From: an uncultured Actinomycetota bacterium
GTDB taxonomy: Bacteria; Actinomycetota; Humimicrobiia; Humimicrobiales; Humimicrobiaceae
Assembly (NCBI GenBank): GCA_964387355.1
Contig: CAYLWJ010000137.1
Location: forward strand, 1 to 58,353
Length of the DNA: 58,353 bases
Direction: 5' to 3'
Part shown: piece after piece, positions 10,219-21,296 of the stretch
Numbering within the stretch: the first letter of the stretch is position 1
Layout of the letters: every line of letters starts with the position of its first letter
Translations under genes and position numbers: made by a program
Notes under the pieces: generated by a model
The model's input: the letters and a program-made list of their open reading frames with translations, nothing else
Told to the model about the DNA's origin: nothing
Database searches by the model: none

Positions 10219-11755
10219 TATTTTCTAAAAATAAATCAATTAATTTATACCCAGGATTAATAAAAATGCCACCTTCTTTTGCACTTTCTTCATCAAATCC
10301 CTTAAAAGACATTATATCATCAAAATTTTTTAACTTAAACTTTTTCTCACTATCATATATTAAAAAAGGTACCGGTTCAGAAGTATGTGTTTTTAACTGA
10401 ATAGGTGTTGGGTGGTCTGGCAAAATCATTACTCTAAAGGGCAATCTTTCTTTATTCATTTCGTTGATAATAGTTCTAATAACGTGCTGATCAATTAGCT
10501 CAATTGACTTTATTTTACATCTAAGATTACCCTGATGACTGCACTCATCGGGGGCTTCAATGTGGATATATGCAAATTCTTTACCTTCTTTTAACTTATC
10601 AACTGCAGCTTTGGCTTTTCCCTCAAAATTAGTATTAATATTTCCAGTTGCTCCGTGCACAAATACCGGCTCAAGACCTGCACAAACCCCTATGCCTCTT
10701 ATTAAATCAACAGCAGAAATAACAACACCATTTATTCCAAATTTTTTACTAAAATTGTCTAAGTTTGGCTTTGTTGCCCTAGCCCATATCCATATTGAAT
10801 TTGCAGGATTTTTACCTATAGAGACTCTTTTCTTATTTATAGGATGCTCCTTTAAAAGGGTAAAGCTTTCTTTCATTAAGCCAATTAAAAGCTCTGCTTC
10901 TAATTGCTCAATGTTTTCTAATTCAGGAAGATACTTTCCAATTATTTTTCCTGTTATATCATGCGGCGGTGTTAAATCTTTTAACTTTTTATTAATAAAT
11001 TCATTAAATAAAACTTGCACAAAATTGTTTTTAGACTGAATGAGCTTTTTTTTATTCAAAAGATTATTGCTTGAAAAATTATTACTAGAAAAATCTTTTG
11101 CTAATGATATGTCCTTTAATACAATAACATGCCTGTAGCTAATCCCTGGGTAAAACTTAAGTTCTAAATCATTAAAAAAGCTGTCAATCTTATAACTATT
11201 TAAATTATTTGCGTTATTAAAATTATATAAATTATTTAAATTATTTAATTTTTTTAAATCTTTCAAATTATTTTTTATAGAACTAATAATAGCATTAATA
11301 TCTAAATTGTCAGATAAATATTTAATAAGTATTCTTGCCTCTTCTGTAGTAATTTCACCAGCACTATAATCAATCATTTTTCTTTTTTCAAAATTATCTT
11401 CTTCAGATAATGTAACTAGATTGCACCTGTAAGTTATGTCGCTATATGATAGGTCAACTCCAATACTTAAAGCTTCAAGAGAAGACCTGCCAGTTGAATA
11501 CTTTAGCGGGTCAAAACCTAAAACAGATAAATTTGCAGTATCGCTTCCAGGCGCCATACCATCAGGGATAGTTTTAATCAAGCCTACAACACCATTTTCT
11601 GCCAAATTATTAATATTTGGTTTAGCTGCTGCTTGAAGAGGAGTTTTGTCTTGTAGTTCTTTTATTTTGTAATCAGCAGCACCATCAATTAATACAATAA
11701 TATATTTTTTTGTTTTTTGCTTGTTTACCATTTTAGATTTTTTTATTTTTTGCAA
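10211..11755 (-). CDS. apgM: Cofactor-independent phosphoglycerate mutase family (ApgM) / proposed alternative homoserine kinase
   Basis: DGAAD, PGSDTAN, TGRSSLEA, HIEAPDECSH, PDHPTP and HTSEPVP motifs; directly downstream of thrC. Confidence 0.85.
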   Translation of the reverse strand: MQKIKKSKMVNKQKTKKYIIVLIDGAADYKIKELQDKTPLQAAAKPNINNLAENGVVGLIKTIPDGMAPGSDTANLSVLGFDPLKYSTGRSSLEALSIGVDLSYSDITYRCNLVTLSEEDNFEKRKMIDYSAGEITTEEARILIKYLSDNLDINAIISSIKNNLKDLKKLNNLNNLYNFNNANNLNSYKIDSFFNDLELKFYPGISYRHVIVLKDISLAKDFSSNNFSSNNLLNKKKLIQSKNNFVQVLFNEFINKKLKDLTPPHDITGKIIGKYLPELENIEQLEAELLIGLMKESFTLLKEHPINKKRVSIGKNPANSIWIWARATKPNLDNFSKKFGINGVVISAVDLIRGIGVCAGLEPVFVHGATGNINTNFEGKAKAAVDKLKEGKEFAYIHIEAPDECSHQGNLRCKIKSIELIDQHVIRTIINEMNKERLPFRVMILPDHPTPIQLKTHTSEPVPFLIYDSEKKFKLKNFDDIMSFKGFDEESAKEGGIFINPGYKLIDLFLENNG

Positions 11756-11860
11756 TTTAGGCCGTTATGTTAAATTATAATATAAAATAAATAACTAAAG
11801 ATATATAAAAAATAAAAATAAAAAGCTAAAAATTTAGGTATTTTAAAATTTGGTACCTAC

Positions 11861-13522
11861 CTAAATATTTAAAACTTTTTTAACAAAGTCCTTCATTTCT
11901 GAAACTTCACATTTATTATTATGTAATATTTTTTTAGTATCAATTCCCTTTAGCGCTTTTGGAATCTCAATTCCAGTAAAGTTTGAAAGTTTTTGTAGCA
12001 TATCTATCTCATTTAATTTTTTATACTTATCAAAATTTTTATCAATTGCTTTTAAAACACTTGCAGGAAATTTAAAAGGGCTTGCTGTTGAGGTAATTAC
12101 TGTCTTTACTTTGTCATTAGTCATTTCCTTATATTCATTATATACATGAAAACCAACACCTGTGTGAGTGTCAATTAAATAATTATAATCATAATAAGCT
12201 TTGTTAATAGCATTTAGTGTTTGTTCCTCAGTTGCAAAACCTGCCCAGAAAGAAGCCATTTTTTCTTTCATTTCTTCATTTATTTTAAAGTAGCCTTTAG
12301 AATTTAAATCATTATAAAGATTTTTCAAGTACTCAGAATTGCAGTCAGAAATATCATAAATTAATCTCTCTAAGTTGCTTGATACTAAAATATCCATTGA
12401 AGGCGAAATAGTAAGTTTAAGTTCTCTTCTTTTATCATAAATACCAGTGTTTATAAAATCGTATAAAACATTGTTCTCATTAGAAGCACAAATAAGCCTC
12501 TGTACTGGCAAGCCCATTTTTTTTGCATAATATGCTGCAAGAATATTTCCAAAATTGCCAGTTGGAACTAGTATATTTATTTCCTGGCCAATCTCAATTT
12601 CTTTGCAGCTAACTAGCTTTAAATATGCATAGATATAATAAACAACTTGAGGCAGCAGTCTCCCTATATTAATTGAATTTGCAGAAGAAAATATATAATT
12701 TTTTTCTTCTAATAATTTATTTAGCTGACTATCATTAAAAATTTCTTTAACTCCAGTCTGAGCATCATCAAAGTTTCCTTCAATTGCACAAACAAAAGTG
12801 TTATTTCCTTCTTGAGTTATCATTTGTCTTTCTTGAATTAGGCTAACCCCATTATTAGGGTAAAAAACAATAATTTTTGTTCCTTCAACATTTGAAAAAC
12901 TTTCAAGTGCAGCTTTCCCTGTATCTCCACTTGTTGCTGTTAAAATTACTATTTCTTTTTTTAAGCTTGTTTTATTTGTAGCCTTAATTAATAAATAAGG
13001 AAGAATGGAAAGAGCCATATCTTTAAATGCTGCAGTAGCACCATGAAAGAGTTCTAAAAAAAACACGTCACCGACTTTTTTAAGAGGCGCAATTTCTGGT
13101 GTATCAAACTTTTCATCATATGCCTTTTCAACACAAAAGTTAATCTCATCATTGGCATAATCAGACAAAAATGCAGATAAAATAAACTTTGCAAGTTCTT
13201 TATAATTCAACTCTAAAAGTTTATTAAGCGTTAAAAAATTAATTGACGGAAAACTGCTGGGAACATATAACCCACCATCCTTTGCTATTCCGCTTATTAT
13301 AGCTTGGGAAGAGGAAACATGATCAACTGATCCTCTTGTACTTTTGTAAAAAAGCTCTTGTGAATTATTATACTCTTGTAAATTGTCATTACCCCTACCA
13401 TTATTCTTGCTATTATTACTGTTACCATTACTATTAACATTGATATTAATATTATTATTTGCATTAATAATATCATCATTATTTTTATTGTTGTTGCTAT
13501 TGTTATAGTTATTTTCTTTCAT
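11861..13522 (-). CDS. thrC: Threonine synthase with Asn-rich N-terminal extension
   Basis: YKSTRG, FHGATAAFKD (PLP Lys), ATSGDTG, NSINIGR and PTGNFGN motifs. Confidence 0.95.
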   Translation of the reverse strand: MKENNYNNSNNNKNNDDIINANNNININVNSNGNSNNSKNNGRGNDNLQEYNNSQELFYKSTRGSVDHVSSSQAIISGIAKDGGLYVPSSFPSINFLTLNKLLELNYKELAKFILSAFLSDYANDEINFCVEKAYDEKFDTPEIAPLKKVGDVFFLELFHGATAAFKDMALSILPYLLIKATNKTSLKKEIVILTATSGDTGKAALESFSNVEGTKIIVFYPNNGVSLIQERQMITQEGNNTFVCAIEGNFDDAQTGVKEIFNDSQLNKLLEEKNYIFSSANSINIGRLLPQVVYYIYAYLKLVSCKEIEIGQEINILVPTGNFGNILAAYYAKKMGLPVQRLICASNENNVLYDFINTGIYDKRRELKLTISPSMDILVSSNLERLIYDISDCNSEYLKNLYNDLNSKGYFKINEEMKEKMASFWAGFATEEQTLNAINKAYYDYNYLIDTHTGVGFHVYNEYKEMTNDKVKTVITSTASPFKFPASVLKAIDKNFDKYKKLNEIDMLQKLSNFTGIEIPKALKGIDTKKILHNNKCEVSEMKDFVKKVLNI

Positions 13523-13693
13523 TATTATATGTTTAAAGATTATAGTTATAATATAAAATAGTTATATATAAAATAGTTATAAAAACCAAATGTTTTTAAA
13601 AATTAAGCAATTTAAATTTAAATTCATTAAATTCAAATTAAATTTAAATTTAATACACTTAAATTCGAGTTTTAATTAATTTCAATTAATAGG

Positions 13694-15073
13694 TTAATAG
13701 TTCATATCTTCAACTCTAATAATGTTTAATATTTTCTTTACAACATCTAAATTTTCTATTTCTTTTACTGAATCATAAAGATTTTTATTTAAAGTATTGT
13801 GTGTAACAAAAATTAATCTTGCAACGCCTTTTATTTCTATCTGTTTTTGTATCATTGATTGTATTGATACATTAAATTTGCCAAAAACTGAAGCTATTTT
13901 TGCAAGAACACCAGCTTTGTCAACTACATCCATTAATATATAAAATTTATTTATAGTTTCTAAAAAAGGCATGATTTTTTTATTTTCAAAACAAGTACAA
14001 CCAAATATTATTTTTTTATTTTGTCTATTGTAATTTCTTGCAATGCTAATTATGTCTCCAACAACAGAACTTGCTGTTGGTTTATCTCCAGCCCCTAAGC
14101 CAAAACTCATTACTTCACCAACATAATTTCCATATAAATAGATTGCATTAAATGTTCCTTTTATAGATGACAATATATGAGTTTTAGGGATTAAGGCAGG
14201 GTGAACCCTGACATTTATTTGTTTAAATTTTTCAGTGCCTTCAACCTCATGTTCACTTCCAATTGCCAGCAATTTTATCTCATAGCCCAGCTCATCTGCA
14301 TAAACAATATCAGAAATAGATATCTTTTGAATTCCTTCTCTATAAACATCATTAAATTGAACCCTGCTGTTAAAAGCAATTGATGCAAGAATTGCCAGTT
14401 TATTTGCTGCATCTTTGCCTTCTATATCAGATGAGGGATTTGCTTCTGCATAACCAAGTTTTTGCGCCATTGCTAATGCTTCTTCAAAGCTTAAATTACC
14501 GTCTTTCATTTTAGTTAGTATGAAGTTTGTGGTTCCATTTACAATTCCAACAATTTTTGAAATATTATTAGAAGCCAATGAAGATTTTAAAGGGCCAATT
14601 ATTGGTATACCGCCACCTACGCTTGCTTCAAATAAAATATCTACATTATTCTTTTCAGCTTCAGAAAATATTTGTGCTCCCCTGTTTGCAATTAAATCTT
14701 TATTTGCAGTAACAACATATTTTCCTTTTTTTAATGAAGCAATTATATAATCAAATGCAGGCTCAATTCCTCCAATAAGTTCAACAACAATGTCAATCTC
14801 ATCATCATTTATAACTTTATATGCATCATCAGTAAAAGTAACACCGCTGTTTTTAAACTGTGAAATAAAATCTGACTTTAAACTTAAATTTTTTTCTGCA
14901 ATAGTTTTAAGATTTAACTGCTTTCCAACCTTTTTAAAAATATAATCCCTTTGATGTTGAAGTAACCTGCACACCTCAGAGCCTATATAACCAAGACCAA
15001 TCAAACCAATATTTATTTTATTTGTTGAATTTATTTTGTTTAATTTATTTATTTCATTCATTTTTATTTCCAT
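13694..15073 (-). CDS. hom: Homoserine dehydrogenase with C-terminal ACT domain
   Basis: GLGYIG, VVTANK, EASVGGGIP, NGTTNFIL and LGYAEANP motifs; TAATG coupling to lysA. Confidence 0.95.
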   Translation of the reverse strand: MEIKMNEINKLNKINSTNKINIGLIGLGYIGSEVCRLLQHQRDYIFKKVGKQLNLKTIAEKNLSLKSDFISQFKNSGVTFTDDAYKVINDDEIDIVVELIGGIEPAFDYIIASLKKGKYVVTANKDLIANRGAQIFSEAEKNNVDILFEASVGGGIPIIGPLKSSLASNNISKIVGIVNGTTNFILTKMKDGNLSFEEALAMAQKLGYAEANPSSDIEGKDAANKLAILASIAFNSRVQFNDVYREGIQKISISDIVYADELGYEIKLLAIGSEHEVEGTEKFKQINVRVHPALIPKTHILSSIKGTFNAIYLYGNYVGEVMSFGLGAGDKPTASSVVGDIISIARNYNRQNKKIIFGCTCFENKKIMPFLETINKFYILMDVVDKAGVLAKIASVFGKFNVSIQSMIQKQIEIKGVARLIFVTHNTLNKNLYDSVKEIENLDVVKKILNIIRVEDMNY

Positions 15074-16557
15074 TAATAGACATTTTTCTCATCAAAAAGG
15101 CTATCATGCTTGCAAAATTCATACTCATAAAGTTTTTTATCTTTTGATACTAAATCTTCATAAGACTGTCTTTCTACCCAAAGCCAGCATTTTCCATTTT
15201 CTACTGCAACTACAGCATTTTTTGGCTGACCGTTATAATTGCTTGACATTGAATAGCAGTAAGCACCAGTAGACCCAACTAGTATTAAATCACCTTTTTT
15301 TACTTCAGGCAATAAAATATCTTCAATAATTACATCACCGCTTTCACAATGTTTTCCAACAATTGAGTAGTTAATTAGGCTACCCTCTTCTTTATTATTT
15401 TTATCACTATTTTTTTCGCTATTGTTATTGTAATTTTTATTATTATTTTTATTATTATCTTTTATTTCATAACCTTCATTAACTATTACATCTCCATCTC
15501 TAATTGAGTCAATATAGTAGCTGCGGTTTGCAATCCAAGCCTCGTATTTTGCCTGATAAAGAACTGGTCTTATATTATCTGAAATTCCTCCATCTATTGC
15601 GATATAGTTTTTTAATTGAGGAATGTATTTAATATTGCCAACTTCATACAAAGTCACGCCGGCATTTCCTATAATTGATCTGCCTGGTTCTAAATAAACT
15701 TTATTTATACTCACTTTATGTTTTTCACTATATTTTTTAATAGCTTTATATACAACTTCAGAAAGCTGTTTTATAGTAGGTGGTTTGTCTTCAGAGGTAT
15801 ACTTTATACCAAGTCCTCCACCTATATTTATCTTATCTATTGTTATTTTTTCTTTATTATTAATTTCACTAATAAAACTTATCATTGTATCTATTAGCTT
15901 ATCATAAACTTCAATATTAAAAATTTGAGAACCTATATGAGCATGTATTCCAATAAGTTCTATATTTTCAAAACTTAAAGCTTTATTTACAGCCTCATGC
16001 GCATATCCTCCATATAACCCAAACCCAAACTTAGATTCAATTGCGCCAGTTTGTATATATTTATGTGTGTGGGCTTTTATGCCTGGAGTAATTCGCAACA
16101 TAATCTTCTGCTTTATATTTCTTTGATAGGCAAGCTGATTTAATGTTTCAAGCTCATCAAAATTATCCACTATAAAGGTTCCCACTTTATAATCTAATGC
16201 AAACTTAATTTCATCTTCTGATTTATTATTGCCATGAAAATATATTTTTTCTGGTTCAAATCCACTCCTTAAAGCTATAAAAAGCTCTCCACCAGTAGAT
16301 ACATCAATAGACAAGCCTAGTTGTTTTATAAGCTGACACATAGCAACTGTGCAGAAAGCTTTCGACGCGTAAATTATCTCTGATTGAATATCGCCATAGT
16401 TAAAAGATTCCAGATATTCATTACATTGCTTTTTGATTGTTTCAATGTCAATGATATAAAGAGGTGTTTTAAAAACATTTCTTAGCTCAGTTAATTTACA
16501 ACCCCCAATTTCAATAACATCATCGTTTGTTTTCTTTGCTGTTATTGGTAACAACAT
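15073..16557 (-). CDS. lysA: Diaminopimelate decarboxylase
   Basis: YASKAF, HIGSQ, GGGLG, EPGR, HCESGD and GAYC motifs. Confidence 0.95.
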   Translation of the reverse strand: MLLPITAKKTNDDVIEIGGCKLTELRNVFKTPLYIIDIETIKKQCNEYLESFNYGDIQSEIIYASKAFCTVAMCQLIKQLGLSIDVSTGGELFIALRSGFEPEKIYFHGNNKSEDEIKFALDYKVGTFIVDNFDELETLNQLAYQRNIKQKIMLRITPGIKAHTHKYIQTGAIESKFGFGLYGGYAHEAVNKALSFENIELIGIHAHIGSQIFNIEVYDKLIDTMISFISEINNKEKITIDKINIGGGLGIKYTSEDKPPTIKQLSEVVYKAIKKYSEKHKVSINKVYLEPGRSIIGNAGVTLYEVGNIKYIPQLKNYIAIDGGISDNIRPVLYQAKYEAWIANRSYYIDSIRDGDVIVNEGYEIKDNNKNNNKNYNNNSEKNSDKNNKEEGSLINYSIVGKHCESGDVIIEDILLPEVKKGDLILVGSTGAYCYSMSSNYNGQPKNAVVAVENGKCWLWVERQSYEDLVSKDKKLYEYEFCKHDSLFDEKNVY

Positions 16558-16672
16558 ATTTTACTTTTTTCTCCTTTACTACTATGACAAATTATGAAAA
16601 TAACTTATTTATGCATATATGTTTATATTATACTATTTTTGATTTACGCACTATGATACTACTAATAATATT

Positions 16673-18673
16673 TTACATTTTTATTGGAGTACTTACACCT
16701 AAAATTTTCATTGCGTTTGCCAGCACTACTCTAACTGTTAAAATTAAAATTAATCTATCTATATTTAACTTTTGTTGGTCAATTATTCTATTATGCTTAT
16801 AAAAATAATGAAATTTATTTGCTAGCTTATATAAATATTGGTTTACTAAATAAGGAGCGTCATTTAAACACGCATCAAGCAGTGTATCTGGGTAAAAAAT
16901 TAAAAATTTTGCTAAGTCAACTTCATCATCATTTTTTAGATTTAATTCATCATAGTTAAAATTATCTAATATTTTTTTTGAAATACGCTCTAAAAAATCT
17001 AAATTATTTAGGAAATCTGAATTATTCAAATCCTTTCCTAGTTCAGATTCTAATAAATTGCTAAATTCAATTCTGTTTTTATCATAAACAAGTTTTGAAT
17101 CTAAATAAAGCTCTAACATTTTATTAAAAACGTTTGCTATTCTCGCATGTGCATATTGGACATAATAAACAGGGTTAGTATTGGACTTTTTCTTAGCAAG
17201 TGCAATATCAAAATCCATTGGTGTATCAAAAGAATTCAAACTAAAGAAATATCTTATTGCGTCCCTGCCAACATCATCAATTAAATCTTTTAGACTAAAA
17301 ATTTTACCCTTTCTTTTTGACATTTTTACTGCTTTACCTTTTTTTACAAGCCTAACTAATTGGCCTATAATAATTTTTATCTTTTCATCATCAAAATTAA
17401 AAGCTTTGCCAATTGCATGTATTCTTTTAACATAGCCATGATGGTCTGCCCCAAGTATGTAAATAAGTTTATCAAAACCGCGAGATTTTTTATTTAATAG
17501 ATACATTATGTCGGAAGCAAAATAAGTGGGCTCTCCACCACTTCTTACAATTACTCTATCCTTATCATCTCCATATTCTGAAGTCTTAAACCACAATGCA
17601 CCATCTTTTTCATAAACTAAATTTTTATCATCAAGCTCTTTTAAAATTTTATCAAAATTTAAATTTTTATATAAACTACTTTCTTTAAACCATTTATCAA
17701 AACTAACACCCATAGATAAAAGCGTACTAGAAATTCTATCAATCATTATATCAATAGCTAGCTGCTGAAATTTCTCTATACTATCTAAGTTAATATGAGG
17801 CTCAATATCAGAATTACTATCTAAATTATTACCTGAACTATTATCTTGTTTAATACCAGCATTAATATCAGAGTTAATATTAGAATTTTTATTTAATTTA
17901 ATATCTTGCTTAATTTTAGATTCAATGTCAGATTTAACAACTGATTTAACAGCTGATTTAACGCTATGCTTAATATAAAACTTAATATCATTTAAAAATT
18001 TATCATTGTATTTACTAATGATTTCCTGAACAACACTCTGAACTAAATTTTTTGGATACCCTTCTTTTGGATAAGTATATTTTATATTAAAAGCTTTTAA
18101 GTATAAGCTAATTACACACTCAGTAAATATTTTAATCTGTGTTCCGTAATCATTTACATAATATTCTCGCCAAACATTAAATCCATTTGCTTCATAAATA
18201 TTGCAAAGACTATCACCAAGAGCAGCCCATCTGCCATGACCTATATGTAAATCACCAGTTGGATTTGCACTAACAAATTCTATCTGTATTTTTATGTCTT
18301 GTCCCTGATTTGTTTGACCATATTTTTCTTTTTTTAAGGCTATAATTTTTAACTGCTCAATTAAAAATTTTTTGTTTATAAAAAAATTTATAAAGCCTGG
18401 TGCTGCTATTGAAACTTTTTCAGCTTCATCCCACTTACTAATAATAATTTCAACTAAAAGTTCAGCAGCCTTTAATGGACTTATTGACATGAGACCAGCT
18501 AAAATAAAAGCAGCATTTGTTGCTAGATCGCCAAGCTGCTTATTTTTCGGGAAATTAATGGAAAGATTTTTAAAATTATTATCATTGAAATCAATATTCA
18601 ATAATAATTTTTCTTTTATTTCTTTAATAAGCTTGTGCTTTAAGTTTTCAATTATAGGATATGTCTGCTCCAT
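16673..18673 (-). CDS. argS: Arginine--tRNA ligase
   Basis: EFVSANPTGDLHIGH, GADHHGY, KMSKRKG and YVQYAHAR motifs. Confidence 0.96.
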   Translation of the reverse strand: MEQTYPIIENLKHKLIKEIKEKLLLNIDFNDNNFKNLSINFPKNKQLGDLATNAAFILAGLMSISPLKAAELLVEIIISKWDEAEKVSIAAPGFINFFINKKFLIEQLKIIALKKEKYGQTNQGQDIKIQIEFVSANPTGDLHIGHGRWAALGDSLCNIYEANGFNVWREYYVNDYGTQIKIFTECVISLYLKAFNIKYTYPKEGYPKNLVQSVVQEIISKYNDKFLNDIKFYIKHSVKSAVKSVVKSDIESKIKQDIKLNKNSNINSDINAGIKQDNSSGNNLDSNSDIEPHINLDSIEKFQQLAIDIMIDRISSTLLSMGVSFDKWFKESSLYKNLNFDKILKELDDKNLVYEKDGALWFKTSEYGDDKDRVIVRSGGEPTYFASDIMYLLNKKSRGFDKLIYILGADHHGYVKRIHAIGKAFNFDDEKIKIIIGQLVRLVKKGKAVKMSKRKGKIFSLKDLIDDVGRDAIRYFFSLNSFDTPMDFDIALAKKKSNTNPVYYVQYAHARIANVFNKMLELYLDSKLVYDKNRIEFSNLLESELGKDLNNSDFLNNLDFLERISKKILDNFNYDELNLKNDDEVDLAKFLIFYPDTLLDACLNDAPYLVNQYLYKLANKFHYFYKHNRIIDQQKLNIDRLILILTVRVVLANAMKILGVSTPIKM

Positions 18674-18819
18674 CTATTTTTTTCTTTTCTTAAGTATAAT
18701 TTAAGATAATTTAATAAATTTAAAATAACCAAGTCATTAAGATTATAACCAAGTCATTAAAATTAAAAAGATAATACTAACATAAAAACATTAAAACTCT
18801 TAAAAAATTATTAATATTT

Positions 18820-18895
18820 TGGAGCCGACGACCGGACTTGAACCGGTAACCTGCTCATTACGAATGAGCTGCTCTACCAATTGAGCTACATCGGC
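18820..18895 (-). tRNA. tRNA-Thr (CGT), 76 nt with encoded CCA
   Basis: Reverse complement GCCGATGTAGCTCAATTGGTAGAGCAGCTCATTCGTAATGAGCAGGTTACCGGTTCAAGTCCGGTCGTCGGCTCCA folds into a cloverleaf with anticodon loop TTCGTAA. Confidence 0.97.
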
Positions 18896-18933
18896 AATTT
18901 AATAATATTAGGTTTCATCTTTAGGTTTTATCT

Positions 18934-19827
18934 TTAGGTTTCATCTTTTTGATTTAATTCATTCTCAGTTGTTGTTTGGCCTATCTCATTTTTTTGCACC
19001 ATATCAGACTTTAGCTGAATAACTTCATTTGTAACTTCAACTTCAGAAAGAGGTATAAGCAGTTTATTTTCACTTTCAAATTCAACAATAATTGATTTTT
19101 TTAAAGGATCGTATCCTGCAACTGCACCTTTCCCAAACTTTGTTTTAACAACAGTTCCTCTTTCAGGAGCTATATCCATAAATTCTTTATATGAATCATA
19201 CTCATATTTTAAACAGCACATCAATCTACCACAAATTCCTGAAATTTTTAATGGATTTAAAGGAAGATTTTGATCTTTTGCCATCTTAATCGATATAGAT
19301 TCAAAATCTGTAAGAAAGCTCTTGCAGCATAAATCCATTCCGCATGGTCCCAAACCACCAACAATTTTTGCTTCGTCTCTTACACCTATTTGCCTTAACT
19401 CAATTCTAATTTTAAAATAAGCCGCAAGTTCTTTAACTATTTCGCGAAAATCAACTCTTTTTTCAGCAGTAAAATAAAAAATCATTTTACTTTTATCAAA
19501 AAACACATGAACATCAACCAGCTTCATGGACAAACCATATTTTTTTGCAAGCTCATTAAATTTTTTAAAACCTTCCTCCTCTTTTAATTTATTAAGTTCA
19601 AGAATTGAAAGGTCATACTCAGTTGCTTTCCTTATAATTTTTGAAATATTAGTAAAAGCACTTATATCCTCTTCAGGCTCAGCCTGAATAGATACGACCT
19701 CCCCTATCTCTGTAATATTGTCAATTCTACAAATAACTTTATCACCAATATCAAGCTCTATACCAGCAGGATCAAAATATTTTATATTTCCGCTTTTTCT
19801 AAAAACAACTCCAACTAAATAAGCCAT
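18934..19827 (-). CDS. ricT: PSP1-domain / RicT (YaaT) regulatory Fe-S protein
   Basis: RVDFRE, RIELRQIGVRDEA, CGMDLCC and SGICGRLMCCLKYE motifs; follows tmk-holB. Confidence 0.9.
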   Translation of the reverse strand: MAYLVGVVFRKSGNIKYFDPAGIELDIGDKVICRIDNITEIGEVVSIQAEPEEDISAFTNISKIIRKATEYDLSILELNKLKEEEGFKKFNELAKKYGLSMKLVDVHVFFDKSKMIFYFTAEKRVDFREIVKELAAYFKIRIELRQIGVRDEAKIVGGLGPCGMDLCCKSFLTDFESISIKMAKDQNLPLNPLKISGICGRLMCCLKYEYDSYKEFMDIAPERGTVVKTKFGKGAVAGYDPLKKSIIVEFESENKLLIPLSEVEVTNEVIQLKSDMVQKNEIGQTTTENELNQKDET

Positions 19828-20026
19828 TTAAAACACCTCAATTTTTTAAATTTCAAACTGTTTAATAAATTTATTCAACCAAACTATTTAATCACTATTT
19901 AATCACTATTTTTTTATGTAGTGTCCAATTTAATTGTTTAATCTAATGTTTAGTCAACTCTTTAGTTAACTATTTAAAATTACTTAAAGTGCTATTATTA
20001 TTTTTTAGTAATTTTTTAGTAATTTT

Positions 20027-21241
20027 TTAGCAATTTAACTTTCCAATTGATAAAAAAATATTATCCATCAATAGTTCACTATTGGCAAAATATTTTAAGC
20101 TAATCCTTGCTTTTTCAATATAAGAAATAACATCAAGAACATCCTTTAATTTTACAGCTGATAAGTTGTTAATAATAAAATCATAATTTTGCTTATAATT
20201 TAAAAAAATTTTATCTAAACCTAACCTTGCTGTTATTATATCTTCAAGCCAAGCAGTTATTATATCAAAAACTATATTTAAACCAATATTTATATTTTTT
20301 TGAGCTTCTTTTTTATTTTTTTCTAATAGCTCCTTTTCAATTTTCTTTATCTCTTGATTTGTCAAACCTATATTTTTATAATTCTCTAGTATTTCTTTAT
20401 TTTTTACTGAATTATCAATTTTACTTAGTAAATTCTTTTGAAAATCACTAATTTTTAAAGTTAAATCAAGAGCTAATTTCACAAATCTAGCATCTTCATA
20501 GCTCTGTTTTTCTACTGGTAATTTATCATTATTATCATTAGGCTTTCTGTTTATATCTTTATTTTCAATGTCTTCATTTTCAATATCATTAGAAATTATT
20601 TTTCTTAAACCAGAATCTATGATATCTGTTATAATTTTTATATCCTCATTTAAGCTTATATTATATCCAGAATTAAAACTTAAATTATAATTATTTAAAC
20701 CATAATTGTAACTGCTATCCTTTAAGATAAAATCCCATTCAAAAACTATACAGCGGGAAACTATTGTACCAATTACATTTTGCAGGTTTTCTGTAAGTAA
20801 AATAAATATCGTCTTACTATCCTGTGGTTCTTCCAAAGTTTTTAAAAACTTATTTGCAGCAACCTTATTTAGCAGGTCAGCTTCTTTTATAATACAAACT
20901 TTATAACTGCCTAGCCTTGAACTCAACCCAACAAAATTCTGGATTTCGCTTATTGATTGCGTAAGTATCATATTATTTGAGCCAGTTGGTTCGATAACTA
21001 GTAAGCTGTCATATACTTGTTTTAATATATTTCTACAAATATTACAAATACCACAACCTTTTTTAAAGCAGTTAATTGATGCAGCAAAATTTAAAGCAAT
21101 CTGCATTAAACAATTGATATTTGACCCTGCAAAAAGATATGCATGAGAAATATTTCCGCTGTCAATACTTTGCTTTAAAATTTTTAAATTTGATAAATTT
21201 CTGTTTGTTTCTCTTAAAAAATTTAATGATTCAAGCAACAT
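20027..21241 (-). CDS. holB: DNA polymerase III delta-prime subunit
   Basis: HAYLFAG, Zn motif GCGICNIC, ANKFLKTLEEP and SRC; tmk-holB context. Confidence 0.88.
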   Translation of the reverse strand: MLLESLNFLRETNRNLSNLKILKQSIDSGNISHAYLFAGSNINCLMQIALNFAASINCFKKGCGICNICRNILKQVYDSLLVIEPTGSNNMILTQSISEIQNFVGLSSRLGSYKVCIIKEADLLNKVAANKFLKTLEEPQDSKTIFILLTENLQNVIGTIVSRCIVFEWDFILKDSSYNYGLNNYNLSFNSGYNISLNEDIKIITDIIDSGLRKIISNDIENEDIENKDINRKPNDNNDKLPVEKQSYEDARFVKLALDLTLKISDFQKNLLSKIDNSVKNKEILENYKNIGLTNQEIKKIEKELLEKNKKEAQKNINIGLNIVFDIITAWLEDIITARLGLDKIFLNYKQNYDFIINNLSAVKLKDVLDVISYIEKARISLKYFANSELLMDNIFLSIGKLNC

Positions 21242-21296
21242 AGTTGTAATTTATTTTCTTAATTTATCTTCATTTAAGTATCTAAATATTTAAATA

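Noticed and set aside
16673..18673. Inteins or introns explaining enlarged ArgS, NadB and ApgM
   Set aside because: Inserts are short and repetitive and lack intein termini or endonuclease motifs
16558..18819. T-box or lysine riboswitch before argS or lysA
   Set aside because: Spacers are short and AT-only, with no T-box GGTGGNACC motif or stable stems
18820..18895. tRNA-Thr as an island integration site
   Set aside because: No integrase or duplicated tRNA 3' end; flanked by core genes
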